From positions 68,032 through 132,031 of the forward strand of contig JAUWMZ010000001.1 of NCBI GenBank assembly GCA_030612885.1: DNA of 64,000 nucleotides, read 5' to 3'. Position 1 is the first letter of the stretch; the number at the start of each line of letters is the position of its first letter. The stretch is from Candidatus Nealsonbacteria bacterium (lineage in GTDB: Bacteria; Patescibacteriota; Minisyncoccia; Minisyncoccales; JAGMDC01). This document shows positions 17,579-26,947 of this stretch, piece after piece. The position numbers were made by a program, and so were the translations under genes. The notes under the pieces are model-generated. The model worked only from the letters and a program-made list of their open reading frames with translations, did no database searches and was not told the origin of the DNA.

Positions 17579-17602
17579 TGAAAATTCATTGAAAATTGAA
17601 AA

Positions 17603-18052
17603 TTATTTCTCATCGCTACTTTTAAAATTTGCGTCATCTAATAAATCGGATTGATACGGAGGTAAAATCTTACTTTTTCTTAATCCAAAAACAAAATCAG
17701 ACCATTGAAAAGCAGCAAACATCATTACCATTACACCTGCGCCAGCAACAACTTTTATCCAAAGAGGAAAACCTCTTTTAGTAGATTCAAAACCTGATTT
17801 TTCAATTAACCTATAAAATTCCTTTCTAAATAAATTGCCTGCTGCGGTTTCATCTGCCTCTTTGAATAATTGGTTAAAAACATCATCAGGAAGACCCTTT
17901 AATATCGTGTATATACCTTTTGGATTCTTGATCAGGGTTTTTGTAAGGCCTGTAAATCCTTCTTTCAAAAAAATATCTGCGATTTTCATTGCCCCTGCTT
18001 TCTTAAGAGCAAGAACACATTTAGGACGAATTTTGGAATTGAAGTAAGTCAC
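17603..18052 (-). CDS. hypothetical membrane protein
   Basis: 149-aa ORF with one C-proximal hydrophobic span (VVAGAGVMVMMFAAF). Confidence 0.4.
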   Translation of the reverse strand: MTYFNSKIRPKCVLALKKAGAMKIADIFLKEGFTGLTKTLIKNPKGIYTILKGLPDDVFNQLFKEADETAAGNLFRKEFYRLIEKSGFESTKRGFPLWIKVVAGAGVMVMMFAAFQWSDFVFGLRKSKILPPYQSDLLDDANFKSSDEK

Positions 18053-18253
18053 GGATTTAGTTAATTTTTGGGGTTTAACAGATGGAAATTGAATTTTTGG
18101 CTTGTGCCCGCTGGCGGAGTTTTGGTTGGCGCCGAACTATTTTAATCTTAAAAATGCGGTGTTTTTTCTGGATTCAGTTTTTGTCAGACGCTTTTCCGAA
18201 ATGTGTCTGGTTTTTTGGTTTAACAATGGTATTTCCTCTCTCTTAATAATAAC

Positions 18254-19927
18254 TTACTGCCGATGTCTCGGTAGTCCTGCGAGATATAATCGCTGAATCT
18301 GTGTTACGCTCAACACCCTATTATAAATCCTGACCTCGTCGATTGCGCCGTTGAAACATAAAGCTCTGTTAGGTCTTAAATCTCCGATAGTCAATATATT
18401 AGTCCAGGGATTAGTACCAACGTTATTATAAGTGAGTTTTAGCACACTATTGACATATACCTTTGTAGTTGAACCACTAATTGCTGTTTGCACAATATGG
18501 AACCAATCCTCTGTATTGATATTTGCCCCAGAAGTCAAGGTACCATCTGAAGATGATTGATAGGCAAAGGAATAAATCTCTGTTCCCTGCACACAAAGCC
18601 AGAGAGGATACCCCTCTTCAGCACTTGCCGAAGAAGCTATAATCCCACAATTAAAACTAGTGCAATTTATTCTATCCGTTTTAATCCAACTTTCTGCGGT
18701 ATATTCATTTCCTATTCCTATGCTGCCGCAGTTAATGTAGTCGGAAGAGCCATTAAAATATAACCCGGGCGGTTTAACTGTTGGCTTGTTTGCTTCTGTT
18801 GTTTGAGTTCCGTGATTGGCGTTGCCGGATAAATCAAAGTATTTGGCAGTGGAAATATAGCTGTATTGCGGCGAAATCCAAAGAACTGGCATTGCGTCAA
18901 ATGTGGAGGGAGGAGCAGAATAATCCTGCCAAGTCGGTTCAGAGCCCGTTGGTTCTAAGGTTCCATTGTTTTCATAAACAGATTGGTCATTCGCGGCAGT
19001 GCCTGTCCCTTCATTCATAGAAACGCGAAGCACAAGATCAGACCGTTTTATATCCGCGCCAATGTCGTAATTATTAGCAATGGTTGCTGTAATGCTTACT
19101 CCGGAATTAATCGCGCTGATTGTTGCTGTTTCTTCGCTCGTACCATCACCAATCCAAATTTTATCGTTAACAGTAAATCCGGTTGTGCTTGCAACTTCAA
19201 TCACTACATCAGTTCCTGCTGTCTCTGCATTTGAAGTTGTGGTTTCAGCATCATTTGTTTCTACTTCTTTGCCATTGTATCTATCTTTAATTTCGCTTTC
19301 TGAAAGTGCCCTATCATAAATCCTGACCTCGTCTATTATGCCGTTGAAATAACCTTCCTGTTCCCCCTGGAGATAACCCTGTCCTATTTTTAACAGATCA
19401 TCCCCTGTTCCCAAACTTCCTGTGGCTGATGTGGAATTCTTTAATTCACCATCCAAGTATATCCTCTTTTGACTCCCATTATAGGTTGCTGCCAAATGAT
19501 GAAAACCTGAGGGAAAAGAGATTCCCGTAAGCCATGTAATGCGTGATGTTGTAAATCCTATCTCTCCATACCGCATTCCTATTCCATATTTTGCTGTACC
19601 CATGCTGTCATCTTTTGATACTATGACATGCCAAAAATACTGTGAATCCTGCTTAGCCCACGCCTCAATCGTAATCGCATCAGTGATATTCAAAGAGGGG
19701 TCGTTGCCGCAGTTGATGTAGTCGTTGTCGCCGTCGAAAGTTAAAGCAGTATCGCTCTTTTCGGAAGTAATCTTCAAAATATCTGACATATAACGGGCCC
19801 GGTCTGCTTCAAAAGATGCCTGGCGAGCAAAAACATAAAAGTGTTGGCCGAGCAATATGGCGCAGCAGATAGCGAATATTATAATTGGGATTGTTTTTTT
19901 GTATTCCATAGGAATATCGCTAAACAA
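18254..19927 (-). CDS. secreted LamG-like (concanavalin A-type lectin) repeat protein
   Basis: N-terminal anchor plus repeated LamG_3 signatures (LTFDGDNDYINCG...IDEVRIYDRALS and LYFNGSSDYINCG...IDEVRIYNRVLS). Confidence 0.8.
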   Translation of the reverse strand: MFSDIPMEYKKTIPIIIFAICCAILLGQHFYVFARQASFEADRARYMSDILKITSEKSDTALTFDGDNDYINCGNDPSLNITDAITIEAWAKQDSQYFWHVIVSKDDSMGTAKYGIGMRYGEIGFTTSRITWLTGISFPSGFHHLAATYNGSQKRIYLDGELKNSTSATGSLGTGDDLLKIGQGYLQGEQEGYFNGIIDEVRIYDRALSESEIKDRYNGKEVETNDAETTTSNAETAGTDVVIEVASTTGFTVNDKIWIGDGTSEETATISAINSGVSITATIANNYDIGADIKRSDLVLRVSMNEGTGTAANDQSVYENNGTLEPTGSEPTWQDYSAPPSTFDAMPVLWISPQYSYISTAKYFDLSGNANHGTQTTEANKPTVKPPGLYFNGSSDYINCGSIGIGNEYTAESWIKTDRINCTSFNCGIIASSASAEEGYPLWLCVQGTEIYSFAYQSSSDGTLTSGANINTEDWFHIVQTAISGSTTKVYVNSVLKLTYNNVGTNPWTNILTIGDLRPNRALCFNGAIDEVRIYNRVLSVTQIQRLYLAGLPRHRQ

Positions 19928-19967
19928 AACGCGAAATATTACTCGAAACTTACGCGAAATTTTAACA

Positions 19968-22900
19968 TTACTGTAGGTCTAATGATATGGCTACATTCAT
20001 GCTGGCATTTGGCGCGGAAAAGGTCTCCAGTTTGGCATGGATTTCTTTTGAAAAATCATCATCATAGAGCTGGAAAAGATCTGTAAATTCTGCAACTTTC
20101 ACTACTCCGGAATTATCAGCATGGTCGCCAGCAAGAGCAGTAAAATCAAGATTAGTTGCATCAGTGACCGTTGTAATTCTTACATTTTCAGCATCACCGT
20201 CTAAATATCTAATTAAATCATATTTAAGCAAACCTGAAGTGTTATCCACAAGATCTGTGGTATCTGTTTCGCTCGCGCCTCCGTTGGTTTCAGTGTAAGT
20301 AAGGTTAAAGTAGAAATCTTTGATTAACTCATCTTCAGTCATTGAATTAGAGTTATAAAAAGATAAGCGGAAATTGATATTGGTATCAGCTGTTGGGTCA
20401 TTGGAAATATAGAGCTGGATTTTTCTGACTACTGGATTATCTGTTATTAATCCAGTGATATTAGCTTCTTTTGTTTGTGCCAGAGTAAAGCCAGTAAAAG
20501 AGCCGGTTTTATTACTGGTATCGCCAAAGGAAATATTTCCCTCAACATAGAGATCGCTTTCAACAACCAAATTACCGTTAGTTGAAAGAGTGATGTTTGG
20601 ACAAGATACACTTCCAAAAGTACCGCCTGTACAGACCCACAGATTTTCATCAAGAATATAAATATCATCGCCGCCAGACCCGGTTAGACCAACAGACAAG
20701 TCGCCAGTAGCATCAACATACATTTCAGCGTAATTAGTATTGTCCTGCTGGGTTAAACGCAATTGAGGAATACTTGTAGTGCTTTCCAAAACATCTAATC
20801 TTCTATCAGGCCCGGTTGTGCCGATTCCAACGCTAGCGCCAGTAATCTCTAAATAATTATTAGTGTCGTCAAAAGTTAGAATAGGCCCGTTCACCTTGCC
20901 AATTGTTCCTCCATCAGGCATTGTAATATCATTTATGGTTAAATTGCCAGTTGTCCCGGAATCAAATATAGTCATTAAGCTATTAACGCCATCAGTTATT
21001 GACAAAGTGCCAGTGTCTCCGATGCTTATTGAAGGAGTAAGAGAAGTAAAGGTTAAAGAGCCGTCAGCTAATGTAGTAGTCGTGCCAGCCACCATTACCG
21101 ATGTGCCAAAGTATCCTGTTCTTGGCCTGGTTGCTCCAGAAGCGCCAATGTCATAGGTATTGTCAGCAGAGAATAATAACGAAGCAGTGTTGATGGTGAG
21201 AGTGTCTGGCGTTGGCGTGCTGTCAAAAACCAATCTTCCAGCTGCCGCGCCTAATCCAATCCAGGTATCATCAGCCATTGTAATATTGCCGCTTGCTGAA
21301 ACAGATAAAGCTCCAGCTGTTATGTTTCCAGTAGTAGTTATGTTTTCATCGCCAAAAGATATGTCGCCGCCAGTGGCAGTAAAAGTTAAATCACCATTGT
21401 TGTCCACTGCTACTGAAATATAATTAGAACTGTCATAGGCAACAGTGAGCTGAGGACTGTTGGCGGAGGTAATAGTTGCCTGGCCTCCATTGGCAATAAC
21501 AAAGTTGTCTGTGCCGTCTGTTTGGAAACGGGCAATATTGCCTGTGCCCTGCTGGTTGACCCGAAGGCCGTCTGATGAGGAGCTAACAGTGAAAATAGCA
21601 GCGCCGGAATAGGCCTGGGCGCCGGTAACCGTGAGGTCGCCGGTAACTGTCATATCGCCCTGGGCGCTAACATCTCCTCCGAAAGTAACATTGCCTGTTG
21701 ATTGAGTTAAAGTATTATTGATGGTCACTGGACCGCTAAAAGTAGAAGCGGCAGCTACAGTTAATTTGTCAGAAGAATCTCCGCCTAAGACAGTATCGTC
21801 GCCAACTGATAAATCATGAACAGCAGCGGAACCGGAAACGCCTAAGGAAGCAAAGGAGCCATGTCCGCCAACCTGAATTCCTTGGGAAGCAATATATATT
21901 GGAGCGCTGGAAACAACTGTTTGAGGAGGAGTGGCTTGAAGTTTTTTGGTGATTGCCTGGAGGTTTTCAATATCAGCTTCCCAGCCAGTGATTGCGGCTA
22001 ATTGAGTTTTAAATTCAGCCAATGATTCTTCGTCAAGAACTTTTAACTCTTTGGTGATTTCTTTAATAGGTTCTATCTGGGTGATTCTTTGGATCTCTTT
22101 TATAATTTCTTTTTGAGGCAGGCCTTCTCTTTCCATTTTTTCAATCCTTGCCTGAAGGACTTCTAATTTCTGTTTTATTTCCTCATCTGTTTTTTCTTTT
22201 TCAACAACGATTTCTTCTTTTTCTTCCGGCCTTTCTCCCCAAGGAGAAACAAGAAATTTGTATGCTTGGCTTAATTTTTTTTCAACAATGTCATTGGCGC
22301 TTTGATATCCTTGTTTAAAAGTAATACCAGTGTTAACTATTTTGTCACCGATGTTTGACGGCTCTTCTTTTATTATTTTGCTTACAATAACAGCCTGCTC
22401 TCCATACCATCGGCTGAATTTCTGAAAGATATTGAGGCCGTATTTAATATCATCGCTTGCTCCTTCAACTGCTTCTGCTAAAAAATACTTGGCATCTTCA
22501 CTCGTTAACAAAATACTCGCTCCTAAATTATAAAAAAAGTTTTTTGTTTCTGCTTCTAATGTATCTGATATTGCTATTATTCCCTGGCTCCATTCATCTA
22601 CTGATTTATTTATTTTTATTAAAGATTGGTTGAGAAATGTTTTAGAATTTACAATTGAACCGCCTATTGCTTTGGTTAAAATTGCTCTTACTGGAGGGAT
22701 TTCAATTTCAGGAAAAGCTAATTCAGGAAAAGCTATTTTTGGAATTTCTATTTTTGGCAATTTGACATCTGGGATTTCTATCTCTGGAATTTCTATATCA
22801 GAAATAAAAGCCATCGTGTCTTTAAAATCCTGTATCGGGTGCAAATCAATGTCTGGTATTGATATGTTTGGTATTGACAATCCAGGTAATTCAGGAAGCG

Positions 22901-23363
22901 ATGGTTTTTTAATTGATTTAAGGTTTGCAGCTATCTGATTACTGCCTATCCTCATCTCTTTTACAATGTTGAGCATAGTATCGGAAGCTGCGATAGATAG
23001 TTCTGTACCAGTTTTTATTAAAATGTCTTTGGACAGTAAAAGAGTGTCTTTATTAAAATCAAAAACAACTCCGATTGTAAGCAAAGAAAAAACCAAAACC
23101 CCTGCTATTGCGTATCGTAAAGCGTATCGGAGTTTTGGCTGCTTAAATATATTTGAAAACGATATTGCTGGTCTTTCAACTTTTTTGTATTTTCTTGAAT
23201 CGTTCTTTAGGTATTCATCCAGCCACTCTTTTTTGGTCACCCAGTTCCTGCCGAATTTAATTGCCTTTAGCTTCCCTTGTCTGGCTCTCAATGACAAATA
23301 CTCCTGTGAGTAATCGCAGTATTTTGTTGCTTCTTGTAAAGAGATGTAATCGTTTTCAGCCAT
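19968..23363 (-). CDS. giant (1131 aa) surface protein with N-terminal excisionase/MerR-like HTH, TM segment, coiled coil and Gly/Thr-rich beta-rich C-terminal region
   Basis: N-terminus ISLQEATKYCDYSQEYLSLRARQGKLKAIKFGRNWVTKKEWLDEYL, then TM span AIAGVLVFSLLTIGVVF. Followed by (E/K)IxIP short repeats and long G/T/S/N-rich tracts. Confidence 0.75.
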   Translation of the reverse strand: MAENDYISLQEATKYCDYSQEYLSLRARQGKLKAIKFGRNWVTKKEWLDEYLKNDSRKYKKVERPAISFSNIFKQPKLRYALRYAIAGVLVFSLLTIGVVFDFNKDTLLLSKDILIKTGTELSIAASDTMLNIVKEMRIGSNQIAANLKSIKKPSLPELPGLSIPNISIPDIDLHPIQDFKDTMAFISDIEIPEIEIPDVKLPKIEIPKIAFPELAFPEIEIPPVRAILTKAIGGSIVNSKTFLNQSLIKINKSVDEWSQGIIAISDTLEAETKNFFYNLGASILLTSEDAKYFLAEAVEGASDDIKYGLNIFQKFSRWYGEQAVIVSKIIKEEPSNIGDKIVNTGITFKQGYQSANDIVEKKLSQAYKFLVSPWGERPEEKEEIVVEKEKTDEEIKQKLEVLQARIEKMEREGLPQKEIIKEIQRITQIEPIKEITKELKVLDEESLAEFKTQLAAITGWEADIENLQAITKKLQATPPQTVVSSAPIYIASQGIQVGGHGSFASLGVSGSAAVHDLSVGDDTVLGGDSSDKLTVAAASTFSGPVTINNTLTQSTGNVTFGGDVSAQGDMTVTGDLTVTGAQAYSGAAIFTVSSSSDGLRVNQQGTGNIARFQTDGTDNFVIANGGQATITSANSPQLTVAYDSSNYISVAVDNNGDLTFTATGGDISFGDENITTTGNITAGALSVSASGNITMADDTWIGLGAAAGRLVFDSTPTPDTLTINTASLLFSADNTYDIGASGATRPRTGYFGTSVMVAGTTTTLADGSLTFTSLTPSISIGDTGTLSITDGVNSLMTIFDSGTTGNLTINDITMPDGGTIGKVNGPILTFDDTNNYLEITGASVGIGTTGPDRRLDVLESTTSIPQLRLTQQDNTNYAEMYVDATGDLSVGLTGSGGDDIYILDENLWVCTGGTFGSVSCPNITLSTNGNLVVESDLYVEGNISFGDTSNKTGSFTGFTLAQTKEANITGLITDNPVVRKIQLYISNDPTADTNINFRLSFYNSNSMTEDELIKDFYFNLTYTETNGGASETDTTDLVDNTSGLLKYDLIRYLDGDAENVRITTVTDATNLDFTALAGDHADNSGVVKVAEFTDLFQLYDDDFSKEIHAKLETFSAPNASMNVAISLDLQ

Positions 23364-23495
23364 AAACTAAGTGATATCCAATACTTAAATTAATTAATTA
23401 TTGATTATTTATCACTGATTATTACTCTATTTTCTTATAATCAAGAGGGCTTGTCAAATAGAAACTGTGGATAACTATCGGATGTCAAAAACACT

Positions 23496-23527
23496 AAAAA
23501 AACCGAGAATAGTTCTCGGTTTTTTTG
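23496..23527. terminator. bidirectional intrinsic terminator
   Basis: AACCGAGAA-TAG-TTCTCGGTT hairpin flanked by an A-run and a T-run, directly downstream of tsaE. Confidence 0.75.
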
Positions 23528-23547
23528 AATTGATTATTTATCACTGA

Positions 23548-24021
23548 TTAGTAATTATTTATGACGATTCTTCTGGTGTTTTCGCTGCCGAAATCAAACT
23601 TTATTTTGATAATGTTTTTGGGCAGGATTTTTTCTATTTTTTCTGGCCATTCTATGGCAACAATGTTTTTTGGATTGGAAATAATTTTTTTAAACCCGAT
23701 ATTAAAAATTTCCTCTGGTTTTTGAATACGGTAGCAATCAATGTGGAAGAAGTATTGATAATTGATCATTGGTAACTGATCATTAATCATTGATGGTAAT
23801 GGGAACTTTTTCATTATTATAAAAGTCGGGCTAAGGATTTTTTCTTTAATCCCCAGTCCCCTGGCAAAGCCCTGAACAAAAGTTGTCTTGCCTGCGCCCA
23901 AATCGCCGCTTAAAGCGATTACTAAAGCGCTTTTTTTTTGAGGAAGTTTTAGAATTTTTTTCGCCAAGCTCTGTCCCAGCTTTTTTGTTTGAGAAGAATT
24001 AGCGGTTAGATGTTTTTCCAT
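23548..24021 (-). CDS. tsaE: tRNA t6A37 modification ATPase TsaE
   Basis: GDLGAGKTTFVQGFARGLG and SPTF motifs. Carries an extra segment (PLPSMINDQLPMINYQY) encoded by a TGAT/TAAT repeat tract. Confidence 0.8.
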   Translation of the reverse strand: MEKHLTANSSQTKKLGQSLAKKILKLPQKKSALVIALSGDLGAGKTTFVQGFARGLGIKEKILSPTFIIMKKFPLPSMINDQLPMINYQYFFHIDCYRIQKPEEIFNIGFKKIISNPKNIVAIEWPEKIEKILPKNIIKIKFDFGSENTRRIVINNY

Positions 24022-24081
24022 ATTGACTATATTTGTTATTTGAGTTAATTTGAAATAATACTTATTAGCTTACTCTATTGT

Positions 24082-25404
24082 ATGAATAAAAAAATAACTG
24101 GTCAAATTGTAATATCATCGGCTAAGATTTCTGAGACGCAGAAGAAAGTAAAAAATATTTCTAATTTCAAAAAAAATATTGAAGCAGTTTTAGAAAAAAA
24201 CATTACTGAAATTTTGGAAAACATTTTAGTCGGTTCAATAAATTTAGATACTTCAGACATCCATATTGAGCCAAGAAAAAAAGATACAAAAATTAGAGTG
24301 AGAATTGACGGCATACTTCAAGAAGTTATTTCTCTCCAGACAGATATATATCAAGCCCTGTCTTCCAGAATCAAACTCTTAAGCGGTATAAAATTAAATA
24401 TTTCTGACCGTGCCCAGGACGGCAGATTTTCTATTATTTTTGAAAAAAGCGAGAAAGAAAAGGAAGACAAGACAATCATAGAAATCAGGACTTCCTTCCT
24501 GCCCTCTGAATACGGAGAGTCAATTGTTTTAAGAATTTTAAATCCTAAATCCCTGATTGAGCTTGAAGCCCTGGGATTAAGAAAGGATTTGCTGGCTACT
24601 TTTTTGAAAGAGATAAAAAGGCGAAATGGAATGGTTATTGTTACCGGTCCCACTGGTTCTGGAAAGACCACCACTCTTTATACTTTTCTAAAAAAAATTC
24701 AAAGACCGCAAATTAAAATCATAACCATTGAAGACCCGATTGAATACCATCTCAAAGGGGTTTCCCAAACCCAAGTGAAGCCGGAAAAAGGATATGACTT
24801 TGCCAATGGTCTTCGTTCTATTATGAGGCAGGACCCGGACGTCATTCTGGTAGGAGAAATCAGGGACTTGGAAACAGTAAAAATTGCTATTCAGTCAGCC
24901 CTGACCGGCCATTTAGTTTTGACCACCTTACATACTAATGATGCTGCCGGAACCATTGCCCGGTTAATTAATTTGGGCGCCAAAGCGAACAATATTGGAC
25001 CGGCTGTCAATGTGGTAATTGCCCAAAGATTGGTAAGAAAAGTTTGTCAGAAATGCGGTAGATTAGAAAATGCCTCTAAAATAGAAATTGAGAAAATAAA
25101 AAATGGGTTGAAGGGTATTTCCAAAGAAATTAAAGTTCCAAAAATTGGCACGGGGTTGAAGATTTTAAAAGCAAAAGGATGTAAAGATTGCAACCAAACT
25201 GGTTATAGAGGAAGGGTAGGAATTTTTGAAGCAATTTTAATTGACGAGGAAATAGAAAAATTTATTTTAGAAAATCTTTCTATTGCCGCTTTGAAAGAAA
25301 AAGCGCTGAAAAAAGGAATGGTAACAATGAAGCAGGACGGCTTGCTTAAGGTTTTAAACAAAGAAACCAGCATAGAAGAAGTAGAAAGGGTTACCGGAGA
25401 GTAA
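24082..25404 (+). CDS. pilB: PilB/GspE-family type IV pilus/secretion ATPase
   Basis: Walker A GPTGSGKTT, Asp/His boxes, and a tetracysteine motif (CQKCG...CKDCNQTGYRGRVGIFE). Confidence 0.9.
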   Translation: MNKKITGQIVISSAKISETQKKVKNISNFKKNIEAVLEKNITEILENILVGSINLDTSDIHIEPRKKDTKIRVRIDGILQEVISLQTDIYQALSSRIKLLSGIKLNISDRAQDGRFSIIFEKSEKEKEDKTIIEIRTSFLPSEYGESIVLRILNPKSLIELEALGLRKDLLATFLKEIKRRNGMVIVTGPTGSGKTTTLYTFLKKIQRPQIKIITIEDPIEYHLKGVSQTQVKPEKGYDFANGLRSIMRQDPDVILVGEIRDLETVKIAIQSALTGHLVLTTLHTNDAAGTIARLINLGAKANNIGPAVNVVIAQRLVRKVCQKCGRLENASKIEIEKIKNGLKGISKEIKVPKIGTGLKILKAKGCKDCNQTGYRGRVGIFEAILIDEEIEKFILENLSIAALKEKALKKGMVTMKQDGLLKVLNKETSIEEVERVTGE

Positions 25405-25471
25405 ACCCCGCACCTTTTATGGATAGTTTCGTTTTTTTTACACAAAGTGCAATCCATAAAAGGTGCGGGGT
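25405..25471. repeat. 20-bp perfect inverted repeat (ACCCCGCACCTTTTATGGAT / ATCCATAAAAGGTGCGGGGT) with 27-nt loop
   Basis: Starts 1 nt after the pilB stop and abuts the A/T run that ends the minus-strand sRNA candidate. Confidence 0.85.
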
Positions 25472-25607
25472 AAAAAAATAGCCCAAGGCTGGGGACAAAA
25501 CTTCAGTTTAAAACCATAGTTCAGAATTTTTCTGAGGAATAATCCGGCACTACCTGGATTATCCATTAACTAAGAGAAATTCCTGCGTCCCCAACCTTAG
25601 GCTATCT
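25472..25607 (-). ncRNA. orphan small RNA (about 130 nt), unknown family
   Basis: Consensus promoter immediately upstream on the minus strand. A 19-bp terminal helix (25587-25605 with 25478-25496) is perfect on the minus strand when two G-U pairs are allowed; on the plus strand these are C-A mismatches. The helix is followed by U6. Internal hairpins include AGGAAU/AUUCCU, UAAUCC/GGAUUA and UCAGAA/UUCUGA. Confidence 0.55.
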
Positions 25608-25610
25608 ACC

Positions 25611-26909
25611 TTGATTATAATGGATATTGTGAATTTGTCAACCCCAACACCAAACAAACATAGCTTTGTTGTAGCGCGGGGGTCAATCCTTTTGCTTTTG
25701 CTTGTTAGTTTTTTGTTTTTTGAAATCGGTTTTAAGGCCGATTTTATTTTAGCCGATGAATCGTTTAATGTAGTAATCAATGAAATTACCTGGATGGGCA
25801 CAAAAGAATTTTACAACGATGAGTGGATTGAATTATACAATAATAGCGATTCAGCTGTAAATCTTAGTGGCTGGACATTAAAAGCTGATGATGGCAGCCC
25901 GGAAATTGAACTCTCTGGCAGGATTTTGAGTAAAAGTTTTTATTTGCTGGAAAGGACTGATGACGAAACAGTGGCTGGTGTTTTGGCCGACCAAATCTAT
26001 AAAGGAGGATTGGCTAACAAAGGCGAATGTCTAAAGCTTTTTGATGAACAGGAAAATTTGATTGACAAAGTGGACTGCTCTGACGGGTGGTTTGCCGGAG
26101 ACAACAAGACCAAACAAACAATGGAAAGGTCTGTTGAGGTCAAGCTTCAACAGGTTCATTGGCAGACCAGCCAAGAGCCGGGCGGCACCCCAAAAAAACA
26201 GAATAGCCAACCAGCTGAGGAATCGGTTGAGGTCAAACCTCAACCGTTCCATCAACAGGAGGTTATTGATGTCAAACTTCAACAGCCTAATTATGGCGTA
26301 GTTTATCCTTCCGGGATAGTTGTCAACGAAGTGCTCCCCTCTCCTGAAGGCCCTGATGCAGAAAATGAATGGATAGAAATTTTCAATGAAAATAATCTTG
26401 AAGTTGACATTTCCGGCTGGAAAATTTCTGACACTGTCGGCAGTGTCAAGAGTTATATTTTTCCCAAAGGAACAAAAATTTCCGGCAAAGGATTCTTGCT
26501 TCTCAACAGGCCAAAAACAAAAATTACTTTAAATAATAGCGGTGAGGGATTAAAAATTTTTAATCCCAATGGAAAAATAGTTGATGAAATAAATTTTGGA
26601 AAAGCGCTTTTGGGACAGTCGTATAATAAGTTTGACTCTCAATGGCAGTGGTCAGAGAATCTAACTCCAGGCTCTGCAAACATCGCCTCATCGGTAAAAA
26701 AAGACCTTTTAGAAAACAGTTCCCCAGAAGTTATACAGAAAAATCTGGAGGAGAACAAAAATCCTCTTTTATTGTCTTCGCTGTTAGAATCTCCATTGTC
26801 AGAGAAAAACAAGAGTTCTATATTTAAATTGTTAATGATTGCTTTATCTATTAGTGTTTGTTTTGGGTTTTTAATTTTATTTCTAAAAAAGAAATTGAAA
26901 ACTGATTAA
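25611..26909 (+). CDS. lamin-tail-domain (LTD) x2 protein with signal anchor and C-terminal TM anchor
   Basis: Two LTD signatures (VVINEITWMG...NDEWIELYN...LSGWTL and IVVNEVLPSP...ENEWIEIFN...ISGWKI). The start may be the ATG at 25620. Confidence 0.8.
   Translation: MIIMDIVNLSTPTPNKHSFVVARGSILLLLLVSFLFFEIGFKADFILADESFNVVINEITWMGTKEFYNDEWIELYNNSDSAVNLSGWTLKADDGSPEIELSGRILSKSFYLLERTDDETVAGVLADQIYKGGLANKGECLKLFDEQENLIDKVDCSDGWFAGDNKTKQTMERSVEVKLQQVHWQTSQEPGGTPKKQNSQPAEESVEVKPQPFHQQEVIDVKLQQPNYGVVYPSGIVVNEVLPSPEGPDAENEWIEIFNENNLEVDISGWKISDTVGSVKSYIFPKGTKISGKGFLLLNRPKTKITLNNSGEGLKIFNPNGKIVDEINFGKALLGQSYNKFDSQWQWSENLTPGSANIASSVKKDLLENSSPEVIQKNLEENKNPLLLSSLLESPLSEKNKSSIFKLLMIALSISVCFGFLILFLKKKLKTD
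25614..25641 (-). promoter_or_regulatory. consensus sigma70 promoter (TTGACA-N16-TATAAT) on the minus strand
   Basis: The -35 box is the reverse complement of 25636-25641. The -10 box is the reverse complement of 25614-25619. Both are exact consensus hexamers. Confidence 0.65.
26133..26283. repeat. three copies of a palindromic 19-mer (GTTGAGGTCAAACCTCAAC-like) inside the LTD linker
   Basis: Copies at 26133-26151, 26226-26244 (perfect 8-bp arms) and 26265-26283, read as VEVKLQQ / VEVKPQP / IDVKLQQ. The core GAGGTCAAACCTC is shared with the hairpin at 28178-28206. Confidence 0.8.
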
Positions 26910-26947
26910 AAATTTGGTAAGATAAAAGTATAATAGATTAAAAAATT

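Noticed and set aside
25559-25801. 80-aa minus-strand ORF overlapping the LTD gene start
   Set aside because: It overlaps the LTD coding region antisense and the sRNA candidate. The sRNA explanation fits the promoter, helix and U-tract better.
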